The notes under the pieces: model-generated
The model's input: only the letters and a program-made list of their open reading frames with translations
What the model was told of the DNA's origin: nothing
The model's database searches: none
Shown here: piece by piece, positions 12,540 to 22,384 of the stretch
How positions within the stretch are numbered: position 1 is the first letter of the stretch
Layout: every line of letters begins with the position of its first letter
DNA from: Squalus acanthias
Lineage: Eukaryota
Assembly: GCA_030390025.1 (NCBI GenBank)
Contig: JASTWF010000036.1
Span: forward strand, 620,001-684,000
Direction of reading: 5' to 3'
DNA: 64,000 nt
Made by a program: the position numbers and the translations under genes

Positions 12540-15500
12540 GAGGGGGAGAGAAAAAGAGAGAGAGCGAGAGGGGGAGAGAAAAGAGAGAGAGAGAGAAAAG
12601 AGAGAGAGAGAGAGAGAAGAGAGAGAGGGGGAGAGAGAAAAAGAGGGGGAGAGAGAAAAAGAGAGAGAGCGAGGGAGGGGAGAGAAAAGAGAGAGAGCGA
12701 GAGAGGGGCGAAAAAGAGAGAGAGAAGAGAGAGAGAGAGGGGGAGAGAGAAAAGAGAGAGAGAGCGAGAGAGGGGAGAGAAAAGAGAGAGAGGAGAGAGA
12801 GAGAGAGGATCATAGAAATTTACAACACAGAAGGAGGCCATTCGGCCCATTGTGTCCGTGACGGCCAACAAAGAGCTCTCCAGCCTAGTCCCACTCTCCA
12901 GCTCTCGGTCCGTAGCCCTGTAGGTTACGCCACAGCGAGTGCACATCCAAGTACTTTTTAAATGCGATGAGGATCTTTGCCTCTGCCACCCTTTCAGGCA
13001 GTGAGTTCCAGACCCCCACCACCCTCTGGGTGATAACATTTCTCCTCAAATCCCCTCTAATCCTTCGACCAATTACTTTAAATCTGTGCCCCCTGGTTAT
13101 TGACCTCTCTGCTAAGGGGAAATAAGTCCTTCCTGTCCACTTTATCGAGGCCCTTCAGAATTTTATACACCTCAATTAAATCTCCCCCTCAGCCTCCTCT
13201 GTTCCAAAGAAAACAAACCCAGCCTCTCCAATCTTTCCTCATCGCTAAAATTCCCCAGCCCAGGCAACATCCTCGTAAATCTCCTCTACACCCCCTCTCG
13301 TGCAATCACATCCTTCCTGTAATGTGGTGACCAGAACTGCACGCAGTACTCTAGCTGCAGCCTAACTAGTGTTTTATACAGTTCAAGCATAACCTCCCTG
13401 CTCTTATATTCTATGCCTCGGCTAATAAAGGCAAGTATCCCGTCTGCTTTCTTAACCATCTTATCTACCCGTCCTGCTACCTTCAGGGATCTGTGAACAT
13501 GCACTCCAAGGTCCCTCTGATCCTCTGCACTTCTCAGTGTCCTTCCATTTGTTGGGCCGAAAATTGATCCCGGGACGCGAGAGTACGCACTGCATACTCT
13601 CGCGTATTCCCACTCCAATTGCCGGTTTTCTGCATGCCCTGCGCATGCGCTGAAAACCGGCAATTGCTCTTCCGAAAAGGGGGCGGGGCCGGAGTGCATC
13701 GCGTGCGCGCTACAGGCTGCGCGCACGCTGTGCACTTCATGCTTTGGACGCGCAGGTAAGTAGGGAAGATTTTGGAAATGTAAAAAGGAGGAGTAAGACC
13801 CGCTTTTAAGAAGGTAAGTAGTGAATTAAGTATTTTTTTGAATTTTTTTTACAGGTATATCTTTTTTATAGACTTTAAAGACAGGTAAGTTTATTTTTAT
13901 AACTTTTTAAAAGATTTTAAATTTTTTCAAAAATTTAATTTTTTATTTAAAATGGTTAATTTAATTAACTATACTTATTTTATTAATGTGATGGGTTTTT
14001 TTTTTTATTTAATTGAGGTTTAGCTGTTATTTTGGGGGGGTGTAAGATTCATAAGTCTCTCAGCCATGCTGTGAGACTTATGAATGGAAGATGGTGTGCT
14101 GCCATTGGCTCTAACTGAGTCACGTGATCCCACAGCTCGCACGAATTAACTACGCCGCTGGGATACGCAAGCCCAGCACAGCTGATGTCTGGAACATCAA
14201 TTTCGTGCGAGCTGGATCAGAAAAAGCATAAGCGAGGTGAGACATCGCGGGAAAGGCTTACCCCCGCGGGAACAGAGCGAGATCAATTTCTGGGCCAATG
14301 TGTATTCCCTTGCCTTGTTGGCCCTCCCCAAATGCATCACCTCACACTTCTCCGGATTGAATTCCATTTGCCACTGTTCTGCCCACCTGACCAGCCCATT
14401 GATATCTTCCTGCCGTCTACAGCTTTCTTCTTCATTATCAACCACGCGGCTAAACTTTTGTATCATCTGCAAACTTCTTAATCATACTTCCTATATTCAA
14501 GTCCAAATCATTGATGTATACCACAAACAGCAGAGGACCCAGTACTGAGCCCTGCGGAACCACACTGGAAACAGCCTTCCAGTCACTAAAACACACCCTT
14601 CGACCATCACCCTTTGTTTCCTGCCTCTGAGCCAATTTCGGATCCAACTTGCCACTTTGCCCTGGATCCCAAGTGGCTTTTACTTTCGCGGCCATGCGGG
14701 ACCTTATCAAAAAGCCTCGCTAAAATCCAGAGAGAGGGGGAAGAGGGAAAAGAGAGCGAGAGCGAGAGAGAGAGCAGAGGGGAAAGAAAAGAGAGAAAGT
14801 AAAAGAAGGAGAGAGGTGAAACAATTAACAATTACAGCCAGCCCATAAAAGGATACAGGTCTCGTTGTGGGGGGGGGGGGGGAAACAGCACCCACCTCGT
14901 CTTTCCACAGCCTCGATGCAGAGCCGCACGAACTTGGGAACTGTGGTCTTCTCCCGCTCGCACAGCGCGTCGAGACGGCAGCCGAAGACTTGATCTTAAC
15001 GGGGGTTGGGGGGGGGAAAAGAGGGAGGGTCAGTGAAACAGGTCATTCTCAGCGGGCGAACCCCTCGTGCAGCACCAGCGTAAGAGCTTGTTTAACTAGG
15101 TCACTGAGGGGGTACGGCCAGTCTGGAGCGGCAGGGATCGAGGCTCGAAGGCCCGCCCACCCCCACCCCCTCACCTCCCAACACTGGCGGTCTGACTGCA
15201 TCCGTACAATCGGGAAGCTGATACAGAACTTTCCCTGGAATTACAGCGGGTCTACAACACAGGAACAGGCCATTTGGCCCAACGTGTCCGTGCCGGTGTT
15301 TATGCTCCACACGAGCCTCCTCCCCACCCCTACTTCATCTCACCCTATCACCATATCCCTCTATTCCTTTCTCCCTCGTGTGTTTATCCAGCTTCCCCCT
15401 TAAATGCATCTGTGCTATTCACCTCAACCACTCCCTGTGGTAGTGAGTTCCACATTCTCACCACTCTCTGGGTAAAGAAGTTTCTCCTGAATTCCCCATT

Positions 15501-18500
15501 GGATTTATTAGTGACTGTCTTATATCATGGCCCCTAGTTCTGGTCTCCCCCACAAGTGGAAACATCTTCTCTACGTCTACCCTATCGAACCCCCTTCATA
15601 ATTTTAAAGACCTCTATCATAAGAACATAAGAAATAGGAGCAGGAGTCGGCCATTCGGCCCCTCGAGCCTGCTCCGCCATTCAATGAGATCATGGCTGAT
15701 CTTCGACCTTAGCTCCACTTTCCCGCCCGATCCCCATATCCCTCGATTCCCCTTGAGTTCAAAAATCTCTCAATCTCAGCCTTGAATATACTCAGTGACT
15801 GAGCCCTCTGGGGCAGAGAATTCCAAAGATTCACCGCCCTCTGAGTGAAGAAATTCCTCCTCATCTCAGTCCTAAATGGCCGACCCCTTATCCTGAGACT
15901 GTGACCCCTGGTTCTAGACACTCCAGCCAGGGGGGACACAGCCTCTCAGCATCTACCCTGTCAATCCCCCTCAGAATGTTATATGTTACAATGAGATCCC
16001 CTCTCATTCTTCTAATCTCCAGAGAATATAGGCCTAGTCTACTCAATCACTCCTCATAGGACAATCCCAGGAATCAGTCCAGTGAACCTTCGTTGCACTC
16101 ACCCCTCAGCCTAGAGAGCAGAGTCCCAGCTCTGGGGACAGGTCGGGGTTTGCGCGGGGAGTGGGTGCGGATAGTGGGCTGTCTGCCGGTTACCTTTGAT
16201 CAGTCCCTTTTCCTGCAGGGTCTGGAGCGGAGGTCTCCTGGTGATGAACTTCCTGATCCTGTTCTTCACCCGCTTCCTCTCGGAGCTGTCGGAGTTAATC
16301 CGCCGCACTGGCAAAGCAAGCGAGAAACGGATCGTCAGCGGCGCGTCGCCATGCGGGAGCTGTATCGGGGTGGGGGGGGGGGGAGGAATTGTCGGGATGC
16401 AACGCGGGGGAAACGGCAGCAGTTTCCCCGTTCCAGGAATTAGACTGAAAGAATTCCTCCCATTTATACATAGTTAAACGTCACAAGGGCACGTCGCAGG
16501 AGCGTAAATCAGACAAAATTTGACACCGAGCCACATAAGGAGAGAGGTAGGTTTTAAGGAGCGTCTTAAAGGAGGAGAGAGAGAGAGAGAGGCGGAGAGG
16601 TTTAGGGAGAGAATTCCAGAGCTTAGGGTCCAGGCGGCTGAAGGCACGGCCGCCATTGGTGGAGCGATGGAAATCGGGGGGATGCGCAAGAGGGCAGAAT
16701 TGTAGGAGCGCAGAGATCTGGGAGGGTTGTAGGGGCTGGAGGAGGTTACAGAGATAGGGAGGGGCAGTATTGAGGGAGCGCCGCACTGTCGGAGGGGCAG
16801 TACTGAGGGAGTGCCGCACTGTCGGAGGGGCAGTACTGAGGGAGCACCGCACTGTCAGAGGGGCAGTACTGAGGGAGCGCCGCACTGTCGGAGGGGCAGT
16901 ACTGAGGGAGTGCCGCACTGTCGGAGGGGCAGTACTGAGGGAGCGCCGCACTGTCGGAGGGGCAGTACTGAGGGAGCGCCGCACTGTCGGAGGGGCAGTA
17001 CTGAGGGAGTGCCGCACTGTCGGAGGGGCAGTACTGAGGGAGCGCCGCACTGTCGGAGTGGCGGTACTGAGGGAGCGCCGCACTGTCGGAGGGGCAGTAC
17101 TGAGGGAGCGCCGCACTGTCGGAGGGGCAGTACTGAGGGAGTGCCGCACTGTCGGAGGGGCAGTACTGAGGGAGCGCCGCACTGTCAGAGGGGCAGTACT
17201 GAGGGAGCGCCGCTGTGTCGGAGGGGCAGTACTGAGGGAGCGCCGCACTGTCGGAGCGGCAGTATTGAGGGAGCGCCGCACTGTCGAAGGGTCAGTACTG
17301 AGGGAGTGCCGCACTGTCGGAGGTGCCGTCTTTCGGATGAGACGTTAAACCAAGGCCCCCGTCTGCTCTCTCAGGTGGACGTAAAAGATCCCACGGCCAC
17401 TATTTTGAAGAAGAGCAGGGGCGGGGGGGAGTTCTCCCCGGTGTCCTGGGGCCAATATTTATCCCTCAACCAACATCACTGAAAAAAACAGATGATCTGG
17501 TCATTTATCTCATTGCTGTTTGTGGGATCTTGCTGTGCGCAAATTGGCTGCTGCGTTTCCTGCATTGCAACAGTGACTACACTTCAAAAGTACTTCACTG
17601 GCTGTGAAAGGGCTTTGGGACGTCCTGAGGTGGGGAAAGGCGCCGGAGAAATGTGAGATCTTTCCCTTCTTTAGGCACCGGAAGCGCTCCGAGGTGCAGC
17701 ATGAATTTCTTTGGGGAGCTCGGGAAAACCTCTCTCTTTCCCCCGCCAGGGCGCGCGGGGCGACTCACGTGAGATTCTCCTGCTCTCTTTCTGCTTGTCC
17801 TTGGCCGGGACCTCGTCCTCATCTCCGCTGCAGTCCAGCAGCTCCGAACTGGCGCTCCTCTGCAACGAGTACGCCAGCGGATAATCCAACGGGTTCTCCC
17901 GATCCTGCCCGCGTGAGGAGAGCCGACAACAAAAAGGGGACAAGTTAGGCTGTTTTGGCCCATCGAGACAAGTAAAACCCATGGGCTGGATTGTCAATGA
18001 CCCGTGGAGTCGGGTTTGGAGGCTGGGGGGGGGTTAAAGTTGCAGATTCGGGGGTCCCGACCCCATCCCGCCTCCATGCCAGTTTCTCTGGCGGCGGGTA
18101 CCCGATCTGTGCTGAGACGCGACTCCCCGAGGCGGGAAGGGATTACTGACAATTAACAGGTAGTTAACAGGCAGATTTTTGCATAATCCCTATTTTAAAA
18201 AGAAAAGTGTGGGCTTCCCGACAGGTGGCAACCACGCCAAGTTATCGGGGCGGGCCGTGGGTCTGCAGGGGTTGGAGGGGTCGATATGTCCGGTGGGCAG
18301 GTGAGTGATGGGTGCACGTGTGCAGAGGTAAGTGCTAAGTGTTGGAAAAAGTTTTACTTACCTTAACTTCGTTCTGCAGGTGTCAGCCCTTCAGTTCTCG
18401 GGAGTTAGAAATCTCACCGGCACAGAAAGCAGGAAAGCCGTGGTTCTGTCAAAAGCTGCAGCCTCTGTTTTCTGTGCTGGAATGATTTCTAACTCAGCCT

Positions 18501-20563
18501 GAGAGGAAGGACTGAAGTTAGAAATCATATTGTGAGTGTTTGACAGCTTCACAGAGCTGTCAAACGCTGATATTTCATCTGTCAAAAGCTCTTGACAGAT
18601 GAAATGTCAGTCTGTGACGTCACCTGTTGCCGGGTGGCCCTTCATTGGCCTGCTGAGCCCGCTGGGCGGGCTCAACAAGGTCAATCAAGGGAAAATACAG
18701 TGGGTTGGCCACATCTCGATGGAGGCGGGTTCACAAGTCAGAATGTGTGATTCCTGACCCCAGTTTCAAAATCCAGCCCTTTGTCTCTCCCTGGGTTTTT
18801 TTTAATCGTTCGCGGGATGTGGGCGTCGCTGGCAAGGGCCGGCATTTATTGCCCGTCCCTTGAGAAGGTGGTAGTGAGCCGCCTTCTTGAACCGCTGCAG
18901 TCCGTGCGGTGAAGGTGCTCCCAACAGTGCCGTTAGGGAGGGAGTTCCAGGATTTTGACCCAGCGACGATGAAGGAACGGCCCGATATATTTCCAAGTCA
19001 GGATAGTGTGTGACTTGGAGGTGGAACTTGGAGGTGGCGGTGTTCCCGTGCACCTGCTGCCCTCGTCATTCTAGGTTGGTAGAGGCCGCGGGTTTGGGAG
19101 GTGCTGCCGAAGAAGCCTTGGCGAGTCGCTGCAGTGCATCTTGTAGATGGTGCACACTGCAGCCACGGTGCGCCGGTGATGGAGGGAGTGGATGTTTAAG
19201 GTGGTGGATGGGATTTTTTTTTACAAAAGGTATTGGATCCAGATACAAAGCTTAATTAGATTCCGTTTCCCCCCCTCCCCCACCTACCCTCACCTTTAAG
19301 AGTTACAGCCTTGCCCCCTCCCACCACTTGCTGTTTGATTGGCACCCCGTCCACCACCACCGTAAACGTGCACTCCCTCCACAACCGGTGCACCATGGCC
19401 GCAGTGTGTACCATCTACAAGATACTGCCCCATCAAGTATTTATCCAATTTCCCGATTGAATCTGCTCCCACCGCCCTTTCAGGCAGCGCATTCCAGATC
19501 ACAACAACTCGCTGCGTTAAAACAATTCTCCTCATCTCCCCCTCTGGTTCTTTTGCCGATTATCTTAAATCTGTGTCCTCTATCAAATCTCCCCCTTAAG
19601 CTTCTTTGCTTTAAGGAGAACAACTCCAGCTTCTCCAGTCTCTCCAACATCACTGAAGTCCCTCATCCCCTGGTACCATTCTGGTCAATCTCCCCCATAA
19701 CCTTCTCTGCTCTAAGGAGAACAATCCCAGCTACTCCAGTCTCTCCACGTCACTGAAGTCCCTCATCCCCTGGTACCATTCTGGTCAATCTCCCCCATAA
19801 CCTTCTCTGCTCTAAGGAGAACAATCCCAGCTTCTCCAGTCTCTCCACATAACTGAAGTCCCTCATCCCCTGGTACCATTCTGGTCAATCTCCTCCTTAA
19901 CCTTCTGTGCTCTAAGGAGAACAACCCCAGCTTCTCCAGTCTCCGCATAACTGAAGTCCCTCATCCCCTGGTACCATTCTGGTCAATCTCCCCCTTCACC
20001 TTCTCTGCTCTAAGGAGAACAATCCCAGCTTCTCCAGTCTCTCCACGTCACTGAAGTCCCCCATCCCCTGGTACCATTCTGGTCAATCTCCCCCTTAACC
20101 TTCTCTGCTCTAAGGAGAACAACCCCAGCTTCTCCAGTCTCTCCAATACAACTGAAGTCCCCCATCCCCTGGTACCATTCTGGTCAATCTCCTCCTTAAC
20201 CTTCTCTGCTCTAAGGAGAACAACCCCAGCTTCTCCAGTCTCTCCAATACAACTGAAGTCCCTCATCCCCTGGTACCATTCTGGTAATCTCCTCTACACC
20301 CTCGCCAAGGCCCTTGACATCCTTCTGAAAGTGCGGTGCCCAGAATTGGACACAATTCTCCAGCCGGGGCCACACCAGCGGCTTATAACGGTTTAGCGCA
20401 ACTTCCTTGCTTTTGCCCTCTGTGCCTCTGTTTATAAGTCGTGATAACCGAACGGAATACTCACCAGGGTCTCGATAACGCTCTTAATGGTCTTGTACCA
20501 GTCGCTAATGTAATCCTCATCCTCGGCCTGAAGCAGGAACTCGTTCCCCGTGACTGTCCGGAG
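1194..20563 (-). CDS. ARHGAP9: Rho GTPase-activating protein 9, partial spliced CDS: 7 exons (20563-20465, 17904-17769, 16307-16194, 14994-14896, 10219-10142, 7280-7227, 1328-1194); PH C-terminus, linker and N-half of RhoGAP domain; gene continues beyond both ends
   Basis: Exons join in frame with AG/GT ends to give [245 protein letters not shown] (arginine finger) and [13 protein letters not shown] are RhoGAP signatures. DRENPL, RPPLQ, QVFGC and [10 protein letters not shown] match ARHGAP9 as I recall it. Confidence 0.92.
1613..2862 (-). mobile_element. Full-length Deu-domain tRNA-SINE with about 24 units of the 33-bp minisatellite (1948-2745)
   Basis: Head with B-box-like GGTTCGAGCC, array, Deu domain, tail ending gtgaaaggcgctggggaaatgc. 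Confidence 0.88.
3705..6795. repeat. About 3.1-kb compound (CA)n/(CACT)n microsatellite
   Basis: Direct reading. Confidence 0.97.
7227..7280 (-). CDS. ARHGAP9: ARHGAP9 54-nt exon inserted in the RhoGAP domain ([18 protein letters not shown]), phase 1-1
   Basis: Acceptor ttactttt-gcAG (7282-7281), donor CAAG|GTAGAG (7226-7221); translation matches the recalled ARHGAP9 insert [18 protein letters not shown]. Confidence 0.88.
7365..8090 (-). mobile_element. CR1-type LINE 3' fragment with an internal ~100-bp duplication
   Basis: Translates to [26 protein letters not shown]...; 3' UTR gggccgaatggcctcc. Confidence 0.85.
8290..8965 (+). mobile_element. CR1-type LINE 3' end whose terminal 44-45 bp is tandemly repeated about 7 times (8645-8955)
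   Basis: [16 protein letters not shown] frame; unit aatgtaacaggctcgaggggg(g)ctgaatggcctcctcctgttcct. Confidence 0.85.
9180..10055 (-). mobile_element. Nested CR1-type LINE 3' fragments
   Basis: Same family as 7365-8090, interrupted at about 9497-9700 by a second CR1 tail. Confidence 0.8.
10142..10219 (-). CDS. ARHGAP9: ARHGAP9 exon with the catalytic arginine finger ([26 protein letters not shown]), 78 nt
   Basis: Acceptor ctccccgcAG (10221-10220), donor GTGAGT (10141-10136). Confidence 0.95.
10285..12807. repeat. About 2.5-kb (GA)n/(GACA)n purine tract
   Basis: Direct reading. Confidence 0.97.
12810..14728 (-). mobile_element. CR1-type LINE fragment (RT C-terminal region to 3' UTR), interrupted by a MITE
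   Basis: [22 protein letters not shown]...KFADDTK (RT motifs), [17 protein letters not shown] and [19 protein letters not shown]; frameshifted. Confidence 0.9.
13554..14296. mobile_element. MITE-like non-autonomous DNA transposon (probably PIF/Harbinger-related) with many internal hairpins
   Basis: Imperfect 16-bp TIR GGGCCGAAAATTGATC ... GATCAATTTCTGGGCC; it splits a CR1 that resumes directly on the other side; TSD not exact. Confidence 0.7.
14896..14994 (-). CDS. ARHGAP9: ARHGAP9 exon, start of the RhoGAP domain ([33 protein letters not shown]), 99 nt
   Basis: Acceptor C-rich tract + gttaAG (14996-14995), donor GTGGGT (14895-14890); FG..L..L and VP.FV..CI.AVE motifs. Confidence 0.93.
15255..16095 (-). 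mobile_element. Two adjacent CR1-type LINE 3' fragments
   Basis: [16 protein letters not shown] frame; (CTTATGTT)-type tail near 15620. Confidence 0.82.
16194..16307 (-). CDS. ARHGAP9: ARHGAP9 exon ([37 protein letters not shown]), 114 nt
   Basis: Acceptor ctttgccAG (16309-16308), donor GTAACC (16193-16188); RRP.LQ.L.EKG.IK motif of the ARHGAP9/12/15/27 family. Confidence 0.93.
16480..16765 (-). mobile_element. L2-clade LINE 3' end, fused to a SINE minisatellite
   Basis: [10 protein letters not shown]...[37 protein letters not shown] is the typical L2 ORF2 C-terminus. Confidence 0.75.
16758..17655 (+). mobile_element. Headless Deu-SINE with about 17 units of the 33-bp array (16760-17322)
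   Basis: Array, Deu domain and complete tail. Confidence 0.87.
17769..17904 (-). CDS. ARHGAP9: ARHGAP9 linker exon ([45 protein letters not shown]), 136 nt, phase 0-1
   Basis: Acceptor gggcAG (17906-17905), donor GTGAGT (17768-17763); phases match both neighbouring exons. Confidence 0.88.
17983..18779. mobile_element. MITE with GGGCTGGATT terminal inverted repeats
   Basis: GGGCTGGATTGTCAA ... TTTCAAAATCCAGCCC; internal palindromes ttgacagct...agctgtcaa and atttcatctgtcaa...ttgacagatgaaat. Confidence 0.72.
18800..19212 (-). mobile_element. 3' end of a second CR1-clade LINE family (further pieces on + at about 23840-24140, 26280-26478 and 48155-48258)
   Basis: All four loci share the tail gcaataaatgccggccttgccagcgacgcccac; three also carry the [15 protein letters not shown] frame. 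Confidence 0.72.
19430..20430 (-). mobile_element. CR1-type LINE fragment with a ~100-bp internal segment repeated about 7 times (19585-20285)
   Basis: Unit aatctccccc..aaccttctctgctctaaggagaacaatcccagcttctccagtc...ggtaccattctggtc recurs every ~100 bp. Confidence 0.87.
20465..20563 (-). CDS. ARHGAP9: ARHGAP9 exon, PH domain C-terminal strands and helix ([33 protein letters not shown]), 99 nt, phase 0-0
   Basis: Acceptor cgcacAG (20565-20564), donor GTGAGT (20464-20459); E.LLQ followed by W...I PH helix pattern. Confidence 0.92.
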
Positions 20564-20615
20564 CTGTGCGGCGGGAATAAAGAAGAGATTTGAATTGATT
20601 TCCGGTAAGGGGGTG

Positions 20616-21177
20616 NNNNNNNNNNNNNNNNNNNNNNNNNNNNNNNNNNNNNNNNNNNNNNNNNNNNNNNNNNNNNNNNNNNNNNNNNNNNNNNNNNNNN
20701 NNNNNNNNNNNNNNNNNNNNNNNNNNNNNNNNNNNNNNNNNNNNNNNNNNNNNNNNNNNNNNNNNNNNNNNNNNNNNNNNNNNNNNNNNNNNNNNNNNNN
20801 NNNNNNNNNNNNNNNNNNNNNNNNNNNNNNNNNNNNNNNNNNNNNNNNNNNNNNNNNNNNNNNNNNNNNNNNNNNNNNNNNNNNNNNNNNNNNNNNNNNN
20901 NNNNNNNNNNNNNNNNNNNNNNNNNNNNNNNNNNNNNNNNNNNNNNNNNNNNNNNNNNNNNNNNNNNNNNNNNNNNNNNNNNNNNNNNNNNNNNNNNNNN
21001 NNNNNNNNNNNNNNNNNNNNNNNNNNNNNNNNNNNNNNNNNNNNNNNNNNNNNNNNNNNNNNNNNNNNNNNNNNNNNNNNNNNNNNNNNNNNNNNNNNNN
21101 NNNNNNNNNNNNNNNNNNNNNNNNNNNNNNNNNNNNNNNNNNNNNNNNNNNNNNNNNNNNNNNNNNNNNNNNNNNNN
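20616..21177. other. Assembly gap (562 N)
   Basis: Run of N; its right edge is the end of a 33-bp SINE minisatellite unit (ctccctcagtaat). Confidence 1.
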
Positions 21178-21300
21178 CTCCCTCAGTAATGGCACTGGGA
21201 GCGTCGGCCTGGATTTTTCTGCTCACTATTCTGTGGTGGACACTCAAACCCACGAACTTCTGACTCAGAGGTGAGAGGGCGAGGCCTTGAGCCTCGGCCA
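21178..21300 (-). mobile_element. Deu-SINE head abutting the gap
   Basis: Minus strand reads ggccgaggctcaagg...ctctgagtcagaagttcgtgggtttgagt, then the start of a 33-bp unit. Confidence 0.7.
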
Positions 21301-21561
21301 AAACTATTTTAACCGAGGAATTGGGGAGTGTCTGTCCTCTGTGGAGCCAGGGAACTTTTCATTCGCTCATGGGCCCCCTGTGAGACATGATGTGCGGAGG
21401 CAAGGCAGTGAGTGCCTGGGCGTAACTCCCAAGTAGCGACAGCCCTGTGAAGACATCTGGCTGTGGTGACGGAGTCTGGAAATTTCAATCTCCTTCGGAA
21501 TGCCTGGCTCTTGGTGTCAGAAGGGCGGAAGGGAGAGGGAGGTCATTATACGTTTTCTTAA

Positions 21562-22360
21562 TAGAACATAGAAACATAGAAAAATAGGAGCAGGAGTCGG
21601 CCATTCGGCCCTTCGAGCCTGCTCCGCCATTCAATATGATCATGGCTGATCCTCTATCTCAATACCATATTCCTGCTCTCTCCCCAAACCCCTTGATGCC
21701 TTTTGTGTCTAGAAATCTATCTATCTCCTTCTTAAATATATTCAGTGACTTGGCCTCCACAGCCTTCTGTGGTAGAGAATTCCACAGGTTCACCACCCTC
21801 TGAGTGAAGAAATTTCTCCTCATCTCAGTCCTAAATGTCCTACCCCATAGCCTGAGACTGTGACCCCTCGTTCTAGACCCCCCAGCCAGGGGGAACATCC
21901 TCCCTGCATCCAGTCTGTCTAAGCCCTGTCAGAATTTTAAACGTTTCAATGAGATTCCCCTCTCATTCTTCTGAACTCTAGTGAATACAGGCCTAGTCGA
22001 CCCAATCTCTCCTCATACGACAGTCCTGCCATCCCAGGAATCAGTCTGGTGAACCTTCGCTGCACTCCCTCTATGGCAAGTATATCCTTTCTTAGGTAAG
22101 GAGACCAAAACTGCACACAGTACTCCAGGTGTGGTCTCACCAAGGCCCTGTACAACTGTAGTAAGACATCCTTGCTCCTGTACTCAAATCCTCTTGCAAT
22201 GAAGGCCAACATACCATTTGCCTTCCTAACTGCTTGCTGCACCTGCATGTTTGCTTTCAGTGACTGGTGTACACGGACACCCAGGTCCCCGTGTACATCA
22301 ACATTTCCCAATCTGTCACCATTTAAAGAATGCTCTGCCTTTCTGTTTTTCGTACCGAAT
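21562..22360 (-). mobile_element. CR1-type LINE 3' fragment
   Basis: [41 protein letters not shown]; (TTCTATGT)-type tail. Confidence 0.9.
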
Positions 22361-22384
22361 TGCAAGTGGTAGGAAGAAGGAGAA

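Noticed and set aside
10134..13039. 700-950-aa SL/ER-repeat ORFs (also at 32479-33789, 36347-37431 and 57126-60838)
   Set aside because: Microsatellite translations; only the last 78 nt of coding frame in ORF 10134..12362 is a real exon.
12810..14728. Intact reverse transcriptase gene
   Set aside because: RT motifs are present, but the element is 5' truncated, frameshifted and interrupted; no autonomous LINE exists in the window.
1194..20563. Assignment to ARHGAP12, ARHGAP15 or ARHGAP27
   Set aside because: They share the exon layout, but the DRENPL linker and the [10 protein letters not shown] exon fit ARHGAP9 as I recall it.
20432..21301. ORFs spanning the N run
   Set aside because: Artefacts of translating the gap.
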